A DNA stretch of 64,000 nucleotides from Planctomycetota bacterium. Its GTDB lineage: Bacteria > Planctomycetota > UBA1135 > UBA2386. The translations under genes and the position numbers were made by a program. Where the stretch lies: assembly GCA_046290465.1 (NCBI GenBank), contig JBKAGP010000001.1, positions 32,001-96,000 on the forward strand, read 5' to 3'. Position 1 is the first letter of the stretch. Every line of letters starts with the position of its first letter. Of the stretch, positions 25,246 through 34,090 are shown one piece after another. A model generated the notes under the pieces. It saw nothing but the letters and a program-made list of their open reading frames with translations, was not told where the DNA came from and made no database searches.

Positions 25246-26603
25246 GTGCGGCCGGCCCGCTGCCTGGCGGGAGCCTGCTGCTGCCCGAGGAGGCGCGCGA
25301 GCACAGCTCGCTGCTGTCGCAGGTCGGCTGGTTCAACCGTCTGCGGCTGGTGGTGGCGGCCGGCGTGATCTGGCTGTGCGCGCTGGCGACGCACGCGTTC
25401 GACCTGATCGAGGACCCGTGGCCGCTCTACCTGCTCGGCGCGGCGATCGTGCTGGTCGACGGCCTCTACATCGTCGCCTACGCCCGTCTGCAGCGCAGCA
25501 GCCTCGCCGCGGTCCGCCGCCACGTCTACCTGCAGATCGGCGTCGACCTGACGATCCTGACGGCCCTGCTGCACTACGCGGGCGGCATCACCAACCCGCT
25601 GGCGTTGTTCTACCTGTTCCACGCCTTCATCGCGGCGCTGGTGCTGTCGGTGCGCGCCGCGGTGATGGTGGCCCTGGTCAGCATGCTGTCCTTGCTGCTG
25701 CTCGGCTTCTCCGAACGCGAGGGCTGGCTGCCGCACCATCCGCTCGGGGTCGGCATGTTCGACCTGTTCGCGATCGACCCGCTCGGCCTGTGGCTGCTGG
25801 TGTTCGCCTACGCGACGACGCTGGCGTTCTCGATCTACTTCGTCTCGACCGTGCTCGCGCGGCTGCGCCGCCAGGAGCGCGAACTCGTGCGGCTCGGTCG
25901 CCACCTGGCGCTCAGCGAGAAGCTGGCGTCGGTCGGCACGCTCGCCGCTGGGGTCAGCCACGAGATCAACAACCCGATCGGGGTCATCAAGAACAAGGTG
26001 CAGATCCTGCGCTACCGCGTCGAGGACGGCGACGGCAAGGACAAGCTGCTGTCGGAGCTCGACGTCGTCGACAAGCACACGCGGCGGATCTCGAAGATCA
26101 CCGACGGCCTGCTGCAGTTCTCGCGCGAGACGCCGTTCGAGCTGCGGCCGCTCAACCTGCGCAAGCTGCTGCGCGAGGCCGAGGATCTGGTGCGCGTGCC
26201 GTTCCGCCAGGCCGAGGTCGAGCTGAAGCTCGACGACCGCGTGCCGGCCGACGTGGTCGTGCGCGGCTCGACCAACCACCTGCTGCAGGTGCTGATCAAC
26301 ATCCTGCTCAACGCCAAGGACGCGTCGGCCCGCCACGGGGTGGTGGAGCTGACCTGCTCGCTGCGCGGCCACGAGGTCGCGCTCGAGGTGCGCGACCACG
26401 GCAGCGGCATCGAGCCCGACGTGCTCGAGAAGGTGTTCGACCCGTTCTTCACGACCAAGGACGTCGACAAGGGCACCGGCCTGGGCCTGGCGATCAGCCA
26501 CGGCATCGTCGAACGGCACCACGGTCGCATCGAAGTCGAGAGCGAACTGGGCCGCGGGACCTGCTTCTCGATCCTGCTGCCGGCGGTGCCCCGCGACTCT
26601 TGA
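25242..26603 (+). CDS. Membrane sensor histidine kinase (PilS/RegB-like membrane domain, NtrB-type core)
   Basis: About 6 TM with GGITNPL; H-box AGVSHEINNP, N-box NILLNAKDA, DHGSGI and FFTTKDVDKGTGLGL; probable TTG start overlapping the permease stop. Confidence 0.92.
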   Translation: MSAAGPLPGGSLLLPEEAREHSSLLSQVGWFNRLRLVVAAGVIWLCALATHAFDLIEDPWPLYLLGAAIVLVDGLYIVAYARLQRSSLAAVRRHVYLQIGVDLTILTALLHYAGGITNPLALFYLFHAFIAALVLSVRAAVMVALVSMLSLLLLGFSEREGWLPHHPLGVGMFDLFAIDPLGLWLLVFAYATTLAFSIYFVSTVLARLRRQERELVRLGRHLALSEKLASVGTLAAGVSHEINNPIGVIKNKVQILRYRVEDGDGKDKLLSELDVVDKHTRRISKITDGLLQFSRETPFELRPLNLRKLLREAEDLVRVPFRQAEVELKLDDRVPADVVVRGSTNHLLQVLINILLNAKDASARHGVVELTCSLRGHEVALEVRDHGSGIEPDVLEKVFDPFFTTKDVDKGTGLGLAISHGIVERHHGRIEVESELGRGTCFSILLPAVPRDS

Positions 26604-26670
26604 CGAAACTAGGGATGGCGCCTTGGCGACCTGTGGACAACAACAGGTAGTCGGTCGCGTCAAGAAACCC

Positions 26671-26699
26671 TTGGCACCGGCCGTTCGCATTGCTATGGT
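26671..26699 (+). promoter_or_regulatory. sigma70-type promoter of the orphan RNA
   Basis: TTGGCA (26671-76), 17 bp, TATGGT (26694-99), with extended -10 TGn. Confidence 0.7.
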
Positions 26700-26704
26700 G
26701 CGCA

Positions 26705-26936
26705 TCCGTGTTGGGCGGTCACCAAGGGAGGGACCGACAGCACGGGTCACTCGAACTAGGCACTCGGGTGGCCCGACTCTGGTCACTTCGTTCTGCCGCT
26801 GCCCCGACGTGGGTGACTGACGTTGCTGACGGTGCCGCGACCGGCGGGTTGCGGCGTCGGGTTCGTCGGGTGCAGCGGCAGGCGGGGTCCTGAGGTTTCT
26901 GGGCGCCGCCGGCCGTCAGGTCGGCGGCGCTTTTTT
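26705..26936 (+). ncRNA. Candidate structured small RNA (unassigned family)
   Basis: Bounded by the promoter and an intrinsic terminator; three hand-folded helices rich in G-U pairs; no convincing CDS. Confidence 0.6.
26903..26936 (+). terminator. Intrinsic terminator
   Basis: GCGCCGCCGGCC-GTCA-GGTCGGCGGCGC followed by TTTTTT. Confidence 0.9.
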
Positions 26937-26964
26937 GTCGGGCCGCGCCTGCACGGGCCTCGGG

Positions 26965-27063
26965 GCTTACGCGGCCCGGCTTGCCGAGGTCGGGCCTGCA
27001 GAGCCCAGCCCGCGAAGCCCAGCCTGCAGAGCTCAGCCTGCCAAGGCGGACCGCCAAGGTCCT
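26965..27063. repeat. Degenerate 14-bp tandem repeat
   Basis: GCCTGCAGAGCCCA GCCCGCGAAGCCCA GCCTGCAGAGCTCA GCCTGCCAAGGCGG, with weaker flanking units. Confidence 0.65.
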
Positions 27064-27177
27064 GGCCCCAAAACCGCCGAAGGCTCGCCTTCTGGCGAGC
27101 CTCCGGTTCTTCCGGGCGATTGCAGCTTACGAGCGGCCGGGAGCTTGGGTCGACCGGTCGGCCGGATGCCGGCCTGA

Positions 27178-27223
27178 GCTTGCCGACTACAGTTTGCCGG
27201 CTACAGCTTGCCGACTAGAGCTT
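27178..27223. repeat. 14-bp tandem repeat x3 overlapping a stop codon
   Basis: GCTTGCCGACTACA GTTTGCCGGCTACA GCTTGCCGACTAGA GCTT. Confidence 0.85.
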
Positions 27224-27436
27224 CACGTTGACGATCTGGTCGACGTTGAAGTCGTAGCTGAACTCTTCGTCCACGTTGATCAGGCGTCCGGTGCCCTTGA
27301 ACTCGTTGAAGATGATCGCGCCGGACATCGAGCGGCCGTCCTCGAGGGACAGCTCGACCCAGTCGGCCTGGCGGGCGTTCATCAGCAGATCGTAGACTTC
27401 GTCGCGCGTGGGGCGTGCGGCTTGCCGGGTGGACAT
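27215..27436 (-). CDS. Small (73 aa) protein, possible Sm/Hfq/Rof-like fold
   Basis: AGGAG SD and strong codon bias; helix followed by VELSLEDGRSMSGAI and a final DQIVNVKL strand, resembling Sm1/Sm2 patterns. Fold assignment is by eye. Confidence 0.75.
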   Translation of the reverse strand: MSTRQAARPTRDEVYDLLMNARQADWVELSLEDGRSMSGAIIFNEFKGTGRLINVDEEFSYDFNVDQIVNVKL

Positions 27437-27664
27437 AGATTGGTCTCCTGTGCAGCAGTTCCTGGAGAGCGGGAGCTGCATCGGGTGGTTGGGGGCTTCG
27501 GGCTGGCGTGCCGTCGGCTGTCGGGTTGGATGGTAAGGCTGACGCGCCGGCGACCGTGAGACACCGGGGCTGCGGGCTGAGATCCGCAACATCCGGCCTC
27601 TCGAGAGGCAAAGGACGCCATTGCGTTCCAAGGCGACGACCGGCCGGGAGAGGCCAACCGAAAC

Positions 27665-28399
27665 CTAGGATTCGAGCCCGGATCCGTCCTCGGCCGTCGC
27701 CGGACCACTCCAGGACCTACCGCCCATGGCACCGACGATTTCGGCCTGGATCAAGAACTGCGACCAGGACTCGAACTGAGATGGAGTTTGCCATAGTTCG
27801 GCGAACTCGACAAGGTGGGTAAAGCCACCTCGCATCTTCGAGATTTCACGGATTCCGACCATTTCTCGGGCCTGCGCGAGCGGCTGGGGCAGGTCGATGC
27901 AGTAGGCCAGCCCGGCGTGCACCTGGCCGACGTCGGTGCTGTCGTCGTTGATCAGGCCCAGCAGCCTGGGGGCCGGCAGCGCCGCGTCCGGGAGCTGCAG
28001 CTCCTCGGCCAGTTCGCGCTGCAGGGCGGCGCCGAAGAAGGCCCGTGCGTCCGGTGCGCCCTGATCGTCGGCGTCGACCGGCTCGATGTGCCCGCCCAGC
28101 CCGATCGTCCACGACTCGTGCAGGCGCGCCTCGCCGCCCTTGCGGGTCCGCTGGACCAGCAGGATGCCACGGCCGTGCGGATCGCCGCCCGCGCGCCAGT
28201 CGCCGCAGCGCAGCATGCAGTAGGGGATCCACTGCTTCCACGCAGGCGTGCGTTCGGCCTCGTCGCGGTCGACGAAGCGGCCAAGCCGCATCGCCCGGCC
28301 GAGGAACGCGCCGGGCGCGTCGATCGGCTGGTAGCCGTGCGGCCAGTCGCCGCCGAAGAACGCGTCACGGTATACGACGAAGACCTGCTCCGTGGCCAC
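27665..28399 (-). CDS. Predicted NUDIX-family phosphoesterase
   Basis: KQWIPY, EARLHESWTIGLGGHI, RELAEE and GLINDDSTDVGQVH. Confidence 0.85.
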   Translation of the reverse strand: MATEQVFVVYRDAFFGGDWPHGYQPIDAPGAFLGRAMRLGRFVDRDEAERTPAWKQWIPYCMLRCGDWRAGGDPHGRGILLVQRTRKGGEARLHESWTIGLGGHIEPVDADDQGAPDARAFFGAALQRELAEELQLPDAALPAPRLLGLINDDSTDVGQVHAGLAYCIDLPQPLAQAREMVGIREISKMRGGFTHLVEFAELWQTPSQFESWSQFLIQAEIVGAMGGRSWSGPATAEDGSGLES

Positions 28400-28404
28400 C
28401 GTGG

Positions 28405-31400
28405 CTACGCCTTCTTGTTGTCGTCGTCCTGACGGCTGAGCAGGTTGCGCAGGCTCGACAGCGAGGTGACCTCGCCCTTCTCGGTGCGCTGCTCCTCGAC
28501 CTCGCGGGCCGGCTCGACCGTGTAGATCCGCTGCTCGCGCGGACCGCCGCGACGACCGCCGCCGTCGCGACCGCGACCGCCGCCGAAGCCCCGATCGCCG
28601 CCGAAGCCGCGGCCGCCGCCATCCCGGCCGCCACCATCCCGGCCGCCGCCATCGCGACCGCCGCCGGGACCGCCGCGGCGTCCGCCGCCGCCGCCCGGGC
28701 GGCCGCCGGCTGCGCCGGGGCGACGTCCTTCCTGGCCTTCGCCGCGGCCTTGGCCGCGCGGGCCGCGATCCCCGCGTCCGCGCCGGCGACCCTTCTGCTG
28801 CTCCATGCGTTCGCCGAGCGTCGGCAGGCGGCCCTCGGCGAGGTGGCGCGGCTGGTGCATCGACAGCGAGATCTTCTGCTTCTGGGTGTCGACGTTGAGC
28901 ACCCACACGGTCACGACCTCCCCGACGCGCAGCATCTGGTTGGGGTCGCGCAGGCGGTGGCCCGGGATCTGCGAGATGTGCACCAGGCCGTCCTGGCCGA
29001 TGCCGAGGTCGACGAACGCGCCGAACTCGGTCAGGCTCGCGATGCGGCCCTTCAGCTCGCGGTCCTGGTGCAGGTCCGCCAGCGTGTGCACGCCCTCGTT
29101 GGCCGTCGCCATCAGCTCGCCACGGCTGTCGTGGCCGGCGCGGCCGAGCTGCTGCAGCACCGACACCACGCGCGCCTTCGGCAGTTCGTCGCTGCTCAGC
29201 GCGTCGGCGTCGACGTCGCGCAGGTTCTTGCCGATCAGCTCGATCGGCTCGCAGCCCTTGGCCTGGGCGATCGCCCGGACCAGCTCGTAGTCGTCGGGGT
29301 GGATCGGGGTCGCGTCGAGCGGCTCGCTGCCGCCCGTCAGGCGCAGGAAGCCGACGATGTTGCGGTAGCAGGCGTCGTTGATCGACTCGACCTCCTGCAC
29401 GTCGGTGCGCGCCTGGAACCCGCCCTTGCCCTTGCGGTGCTTGACCAGGGCCTGGGCGCGTTCGTGGCCGAGGCCCGGGATCATCTGCAGCACGTCGGCG
29501 CCCGACGTGTTGACGTCGCAGCCGACCTCGGCGAGGCAGCTCGACTTGACCCGGCCGAGCTCGCGCTGCAGCGTGCCCTGGTGCACGTCGTCGAGCGTCT
29601 GGCCGAGGCCGAGCGTGCGGACCTCCATGCGCGCGAGCTCGAGCAGCGGGTCCTGCAGGCGGCGGCCCAGCGAGATCGCCGTGCGCACCCCGACCTCGAC
29701 GCCGGGGATCGCCTTCTTGCCGCCGGTGCTGGTCGCGAAGATCGTCGACGCGGCCTCGTCGACCGGCACGACCATCGGCAGCGGCGTCTCGCCGAGCGCT
29801 TCGCGCAGCCGGGTGACGATCTTCTCGCTGCCCGCCTGGCGCCGGCCATGCGGCACGGCGATCGCGTGCGGCTTCTCGTTCTGGATCCACTCGACCAGCA
29901 GGTTCAGGGCGCCCTGCTTCTGCTCGTCGTTGTCGGTCGGCATCGTCTTGTGCTGGCCGATCGAGCCGTCCTCGTTGAGCAGCACCGCCCAGATCGCCTT
30001 GCCCGACGTGCGCAGCGACAGCACCTTCTTGCTGCCGAGCGGCGGCGCCAGCAGCTGCGAACGCAGGTTGCGGCCGTAGGTGCGCATCGCTTCGCGGTCG
30101 GCCTTCTCCTTCAGGCGGCGACGGACGTCGTTGCCGCAGACCTCCTGCAGGCCCTTGGCGGCGCTGTCGAATACCAGGTCGTAGAAGTCGCCGAGCTGGG
30201 TGCCGGGCACCGCGTCCTTGGCGTGCAGGCTGCGCAGCACGGTGCGGTGGTGGCCCTTCTTGAGGCCGAGCTCGAGCCTGAGGATCTTCTCGCGCTCGGC
30301 GCGGCGCAGCGCCAGCATGCGGTTGGCCGGGATCCGGTTGATTGGCTCGGCGAAGTCGAAGAACTGCTTGTACTTGCCGGGGTCCCCGTCCGGGTTGACC
30401 GGCTTCGCGCGCAGGATGCCGCGGCGCAGCTCGTCGCGGAAGCGCGCGCGCGTGGCCGGATCGTGCAGGATCCGGTCGGCGAGGATCAGCAGCGCGCCCT
30501 CGAGCGCGGCCTCGGGCGTCGGCAGGTCGTTGTCGGCCGACACGTACGGCTCGGCGAGCTTGCGCAGGTCGACGTCCGGAACGGGCTCGCCGGCGGGCTC
30601 GCTGGCGCCAGCGGGGGCATCAGCGGGGGCATCAGCGGGGGCATCAGTCGCGGCGTCACTCGCAGGGGCTTCGCTCGGGGCCTGACCCGCTGCCGGCTCG
30701 GCGGCGGGCTCGGCCACAGGGTCCGGTTCGGACGGCCCATCGGTCGACGACTCGCCGGTCGACGATTCGCCAGTCAACGATTCGCCAGTCGACGATTCGT
30801 CCGTCGACGACTCGACGGTCGACGGGGCCTCGGCCGCCGCGGCTTCCGCTGCAGCCGCCTCGCTCGGCGCGGCCTCGGCCTCGGTGGGAGCCGCCGCTTC
30901 CGCGGGCGTCGGGGCTTCGTCCGAAGGTGCCGCCTCGGCCTGCTCGGCAGCCGGCTCCGTCGGCGCGTCCGCCGCAGCCTCGCCGGCGCCTTCGCCAGCT
31001 GCGGCTTCCTGCGGTTCGGCCGCGGCCGGCTTCGGCGCCCGCTCGGCGACTTCGACCTTCGGTGCCGGCACCGTCGTGATCGCTGCGTCACCGAACTGGC
31101 GGTGCTGGATCGCGAGCGCCAGCGGCAGAAGGCCCTTCTCCTCCATCTGCATCGCGATGCCGCGACGGCGTGGACGCATCGACTGGTAGTAGTCGTCGAG
31201 CAGGTCCTGGTCGGCCGTGTTGGCCAGCGTCTGTTCGAGCTCGTCGGTCTTGCGGCCGCGCTCCTCTGCCTGTTGCAGGATCGTGGCGCGGCGCTGCTCG
31301 AGTTCGTTCAGCAGGTGCAGGCGCTCCGCCAGCGCGACGAGCCGGTCCTCGGGGAGGTTGCCGAGCTCGTAGCGGCGGTAGCGGGACAGGTAGGCGGGGG

Positions 31401-31497
31401 TGGCGTTCTGCTCGAGCAGGGTGACGGCCGCGGCGATGTGCTCGGGCGGGCTGTCGAACTCGGCACAGAGACGATCGAGGGTGGCTTGGGATGCCAT
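28405..31497 (-). CDS. tex: Tex/YhgF-like transcription accessory protein (YqgF, HhH, S1) with a large acidic insertion
   Basis: TPAYLSRYRRYELGNL, NRMLALRRAERE, AISLGRRLQDPLLEL, LDATPIHPDDY and S1 FGAFVDLGIGQDGLVHISQ; RGG-rich tail. Confidence 0.9.
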   Translation of the reverse strand: MASQATLDRLCAEFDSPPEHIAAAVTLLEQNATPAYLSRYRRYELGNLPEDRLVALAERLHLLNELEQRRATILQQAEERGRKTDELEQTLANTADQDLLDDYYQSMRPRRRGIAMQMEEKGLLPLALAIQHRQFGDAAITTVPAPKVEVAERAPKPAAAEPQEAAAGEGAGEAAADAPTEPAAEQAEAAPSDEAPTPAEAAAPTEAEAAPSEAAAAEAAAAEAPSTVESSTDESSTGESLTGESSTGESSTDGPSEPDPVAEPAAEPAAGQAPSEAPASDAATDAPADAPADAPAGASEPAGEPVPDVDLRKLAEPYVSADNDLPTPEAALEGALLILADRILHDPATRARFRDELRRGILRAKPVNPDGDPGKYKQFFDFAEPINRIPANRMLALRRAEREKILRLELGLKKGHHRTVLRSLHAKDAVPGTQLGDFYDLVFDSAAKGLQEVCGNDVRRRLKEKADREAMRTYGRNLRSQLLAPPLGSKKVLSLRTSGKAIWAVLLNEDGSIGQHKTMPTDNDEQKQGALNLLVEWIQNEKPHAIAVPHGRRQAGSEKIVTRLREALGETPLPMVVPVDEAASTIFATSTGGKKAIPGVEVGVRTAISLGRRLQDPLLELARMEVRTLGLGQTLDDVHQGTLQRELGRVKSSCLAEVGCDVNTSGADVLQMIPGLGHERAQALVKHRKGKGGFQARTDVQEVESINDACYRNIVGFLRLTGGSEPLDATPIHPDDYELVRAIAQAKGCEPIELIGKNLRDVDADALSSDELPKARVVSVLQQLGRAGHDSRGELMATANEGVHTLADLHQDRELKGRIASLTEFGAFVDLGIGQDGLVHISQIPGHRLRDPNQMLRVGEVVTVWVLNVDTQKQKISLSMHQPRHLAEGRLPTLGERMEQQKGRRRGRGDRGPRGQGRGEGQEGRRPGAAGGRPGGGGGRRGGPGGGRDGGGRDGGGRDGGGRGFGGDRGFGGGRGRDGGGRRGGPREQRIYTVEPAREVEEQRTEKGEVTSLSSLRNLLSRQDDDNKKA

Positions 31498-31671
31498 GTT
31501 GGAACTGGTGGGCGCCAGGGGATGGTGGCGAATGGGTCGAGCACGATAACAAGCGAGCCGGCGTAGTCGCCCGCGGACGCCAACAAATCCCCGGAAACCC
31601 CGCCGAACGGCTGCGGTGCGCATGCGGCATCTTGGTTGCTCCGCGGGCCCCGAGGCCGCAACATCGTCGCC

Positions 31672-32745
31672 GTGACTCGAGCCGTCGACCGCAGCAAGAT
31701 CGAACGCATCTGGATCCGCACCCCGAACTGGCTCGGGGACTTCGTGATGGCGACGGCGAGCTTCCAGCGGGTGCGCGAGGCGTTTCCGGATGCCCATGTG
31801 ACCGCGGGAATGCGTCCCTACCTGCGCGACATGGTCACCGGCAGCGACTACTTCGACGAGATCGTCGACACGCCGAAGGGCGGCGGCCTGCGCGGCCTGT
31901 GGCGACAGGTCGCCGACATGCGCTCGCGTCGCTTCGACCTCGCGATCGTGCTGCCCAACTCGCCGGCGACCGGCCTGGTGCCGTTCCTTTCGGGGGTGCC
32001 GCTCAGGCTCGGCTACCGGCAGGGCCGGCCCGGTCTGATGAATCTTGGCCGCGTCGCGCACGTGCGACGTAGGTGGTGGCAGCGCCGCGAAGGTCCGCGG
32101 CGCTGGCCCAACCCGATGCCCCAGTACTGCCACGACCTGCTCGACGAGCTGGACCTGCCGCCGGGCGGCCTGCATCCGAAGCTCGACGTGACCGACGAGG
32201 ACGACGCGTGGGTCGCGCAGCACCTGCGCGAACGCGGCGTCGCCGACGGCCAGCGGCTGGTGCTGCTGGTGGTCGGCGCGAACTTCGGCGCCAGCAAGCT
32301 GTGGATGCCCGAGCGCTTCGCCGCGATCAGCCGCCACTTCCAGGACCGGCACGGCATGCGCGCGCTGGTGCTGGTCGGCCCGGCCGAGGTCGAGCTCGGC
32401 AACCGCATCGCCGCGGAGGGCCAGGCGCTGGCGCTGACCGAGCCGGTGCTGCCGCTCAACGCGCTCAAGGCGGTCGTGCGCCGCGGCAGCCTGATGGTGA
32501 CCGGCGACACCGGCCCGCGGCACATGGCCAACGCGTTCGACCTGCCGGTCGTCTGCATGATCGGCCCCAACGACCCCAACTACACCAACTACTGCCTCGA
32601 GCACACCGCGCTGATCCGCAAGGACCTCGAGTGCTCGCCGTGCCAGCGCAAGATCTGCCCGCTCGGCCACCAGCGCTGCATGAAGGACATCACCGTCGAA
32701 GAGGTCGCCGCCGCCGGCGAACGGCTGCTGGGGTTGACCGCATGA
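31672..32745 (+). CDS. waaF: Lipopolysaccharide heptosyltransferase II-like (GT9)
   Basis: PNWLGDFVMA, GANFGASKLW, TGDTGPRHMA and CSPCQRKICPLGHQRCM. Confidence 0.85.
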   Translation: MTRAVDRSKIERIWIRTPNWLGDFVMATASFQRVREAFPDAHVTAGMRPYLRDMVTGSDYFDEIVDTPKGGGLRGLWRQVADMRSRRFDLAIVLPNSPATGLVPFLSGVPLRLGYRQGRPGLMNLGRVAHVRRRWWQRREGPRRWPNPMPQYCHDLLDELDLPPGGLHPKLDVTDEDDAWVAQHLRERGVADGQRLVLLVVGANFGASKLWMPERFAAISRHFQDRHGMRALVLVGPAEVELGNRIAAEGQALALTEPVLPLNALKAVVRRGSLMVTGDTGPRHMANAFDLPVVCMIGPNDPNYTNYCLEHTALIRKDLECSPCQRKICPLGHQRCMKDITVEEVAAAGERLLGLTA

Positions 32746-33995
32746 AGCGCGGCCGCCGCACGCTGCTGGTGGCCCTGTTGCTGGCGGCGTTCGGTGCGTA
32801 CCTGGCCTTCGACGCGTGGCGCGGCGGCAGCCTGTGGCGCTACCGGCTGGTCGGCTACGTCGCCGGCGCGGCGCTGATGGTGCCGCTGGGCTCGCGGCTG
32901 TTGCTGGGCGGCGCGCGCGGCAGCTGGCTGTGGCGGCGCGTGCTGTTCGTCAGCGCACCGCTGCTGGTCCTGCTGTTGCTGGCCGAAGGCGCCGTGCGGC
33001 TGTTCGGCGCGCCGCCAGAACGGCCGGCCAGGCTGCTCGACGAGCCGCGCCTTGGCCACGTGCTCGCGCCCGGCACCGCCGGCACCGACGCGCGGGGCTG
33101 GCGCAACCAGGTCGCGCTGGAGACTGCCGACGTGCTGTTCGTCGGCGACTCGCAGACCTACGGCTTCGGCGTCGAGATCGACGAGACGTTCGCGGCGCAC
33201 AGCGAGACCGCCGGGCGCCGCTGCTACCAGATGGCCAACGGCTCCTACGGCCCGGTCCAGTACGTCGAACTGGTGCGCCGCGGCCTCTCGCTGCAGCCCG
33301 AGGTCGTGGTCGTGACGCTGTACTACGGCAACGACCTGGTCGACGCGCCGGACTACACCGGGCTCGAGGGCGCCGAGGCGCTGCGCGCCGGCGAGCAGGG
33401 GCCGCGCATCCGGGCCAATCCCGAGCCGGACTCGTCGGCGCCGCCCAACCTGACGATGACGCTGGTCGACGGGGTGCTGTCGCACAGCCGCCTGCTGAAC
33501 CGGGCGGCCGAGGTGGTCAAGTCGCGGCTGCAGGGCGGCGCGCTCGACCAGACCCCGGCCAGCGTGCCGTTCGCGCACGAGACGGCGGCGACCATCTGGC
33601 AGCCGCAGTATCGGCGCCGGGCGCTGCGCGCCGCGTCGGCCAACGTGCGGGACGGCGTCGCGATCACGCGCCGCTGCCTCGAGCACATCGCCGAGCTGTG
33701 CGGCGACGCGGGCGCGCGGCTGGTGGTCGCGGTGCTGCCGACGAAAGAACGGTGCTACGCCGCGTGGCTGGGGGAGCGAGCGCCGGCGCTGTCCGGGCTG
33801 GCCGCCGACGAGGCGGCGGCGCACCGCGCGATCTTCGCCGAGCCGATCGCCGCCGGCGTGCAGGTCGTCGAGCTGCTGCCGGCGCTGGTCGTGGCGATGG
33901 AGGGCGGGCGCATGCCGTGGTTCGCGAGCGGCGACGGCCACATCGCCAGCGAGGGGCACCGGGTCGTCGCCGAGGCGCTGCGGCCGTTCTTGTAG
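32742..33995 (+). CDS. Membrane-anchored SGNH/GDSL hydrolase-like protein
   Basis: N-terminal TMs; GDSQTYG, YGPVQY, GND and DGH motifs. Confidence 0.8.
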   Translation: MKRGRRTLLVALLLAAFGAYLAFDAWRGGSLWRYRLVGYVAGAALMVPLGSRLLLGGARGSWLWRRVLFVSAPLLVLLLLAEGAVRLFGAPPERPARLLDEPRLGHVLAPGTAGTDARGWRNQVALETADVLFVGDSQTYGFGVEIDETFAAHSETAGRRCYQMANGSYGPVQYVELVRRGLSLQPEVVVVTLYYGNDLVDAPDYTGLEGAEALRAGEQGPRIRANPEPDSSAPPNLTMTLVDGVLSHSRLLNRAAEVVKSRLQGGALDQTPASVPFAHETAATIWQPQYRRRALRAASANVRDGVAITRRCLEHIAELCGDAGARLVVAVLPTKERCYAAWLGERAPALSGLAADEAAAHRAIFAEPIAAGVQVVELLPALVVAMEGGRMPWFASGDGHIASEGHRVVAEALRPFL

Positions 33996-34004
33996 CGGTC
34001 GGTC

Positions 34005-34065
34005 GTCGGGGCTCAGTGGTCGGGGCTCAGCGGTCGGGGCTCGGCGGTCGGGGCTCGGTCGGGGC
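34005..34065. repeat. 14-bp tandem repeat (GTCGGGGCTCRGYG), about 4.5 copies
   Basis: Units start at 34005, 34019, 34033, 34047 and 34058. Confidence 0.85.
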
Positions 34066-34090
34066 GGCGTTTGCGCTACGCTGCGCGGCC

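Noticed and set aside
26671..26690. sigma54 promoter (TGGCAC...GC)
   Set aside because: The GC dinucleotide is 2 bp off the strict -24/-12 spacing; a sigma70 reading fits exactly.
26708..26893. 61-aa leaderless ORF filling the orphan transcript
   Set aside because: Many A/T-ending codons (CAA, CGA, TCA, CTA, ACT, CTT), unlike real genes here, and extensive base pairing favour an ncRNA; not fully excluded.
26705..26936. SRP RNA, tmRNA or RNase P identity for the orphan RNA
   Set aside because: No CAGG-GGAA-AGCA SRP domain, no tRNA-like CCA end or tag ORF, and no GAGGAAAGUCC RNase P motif.
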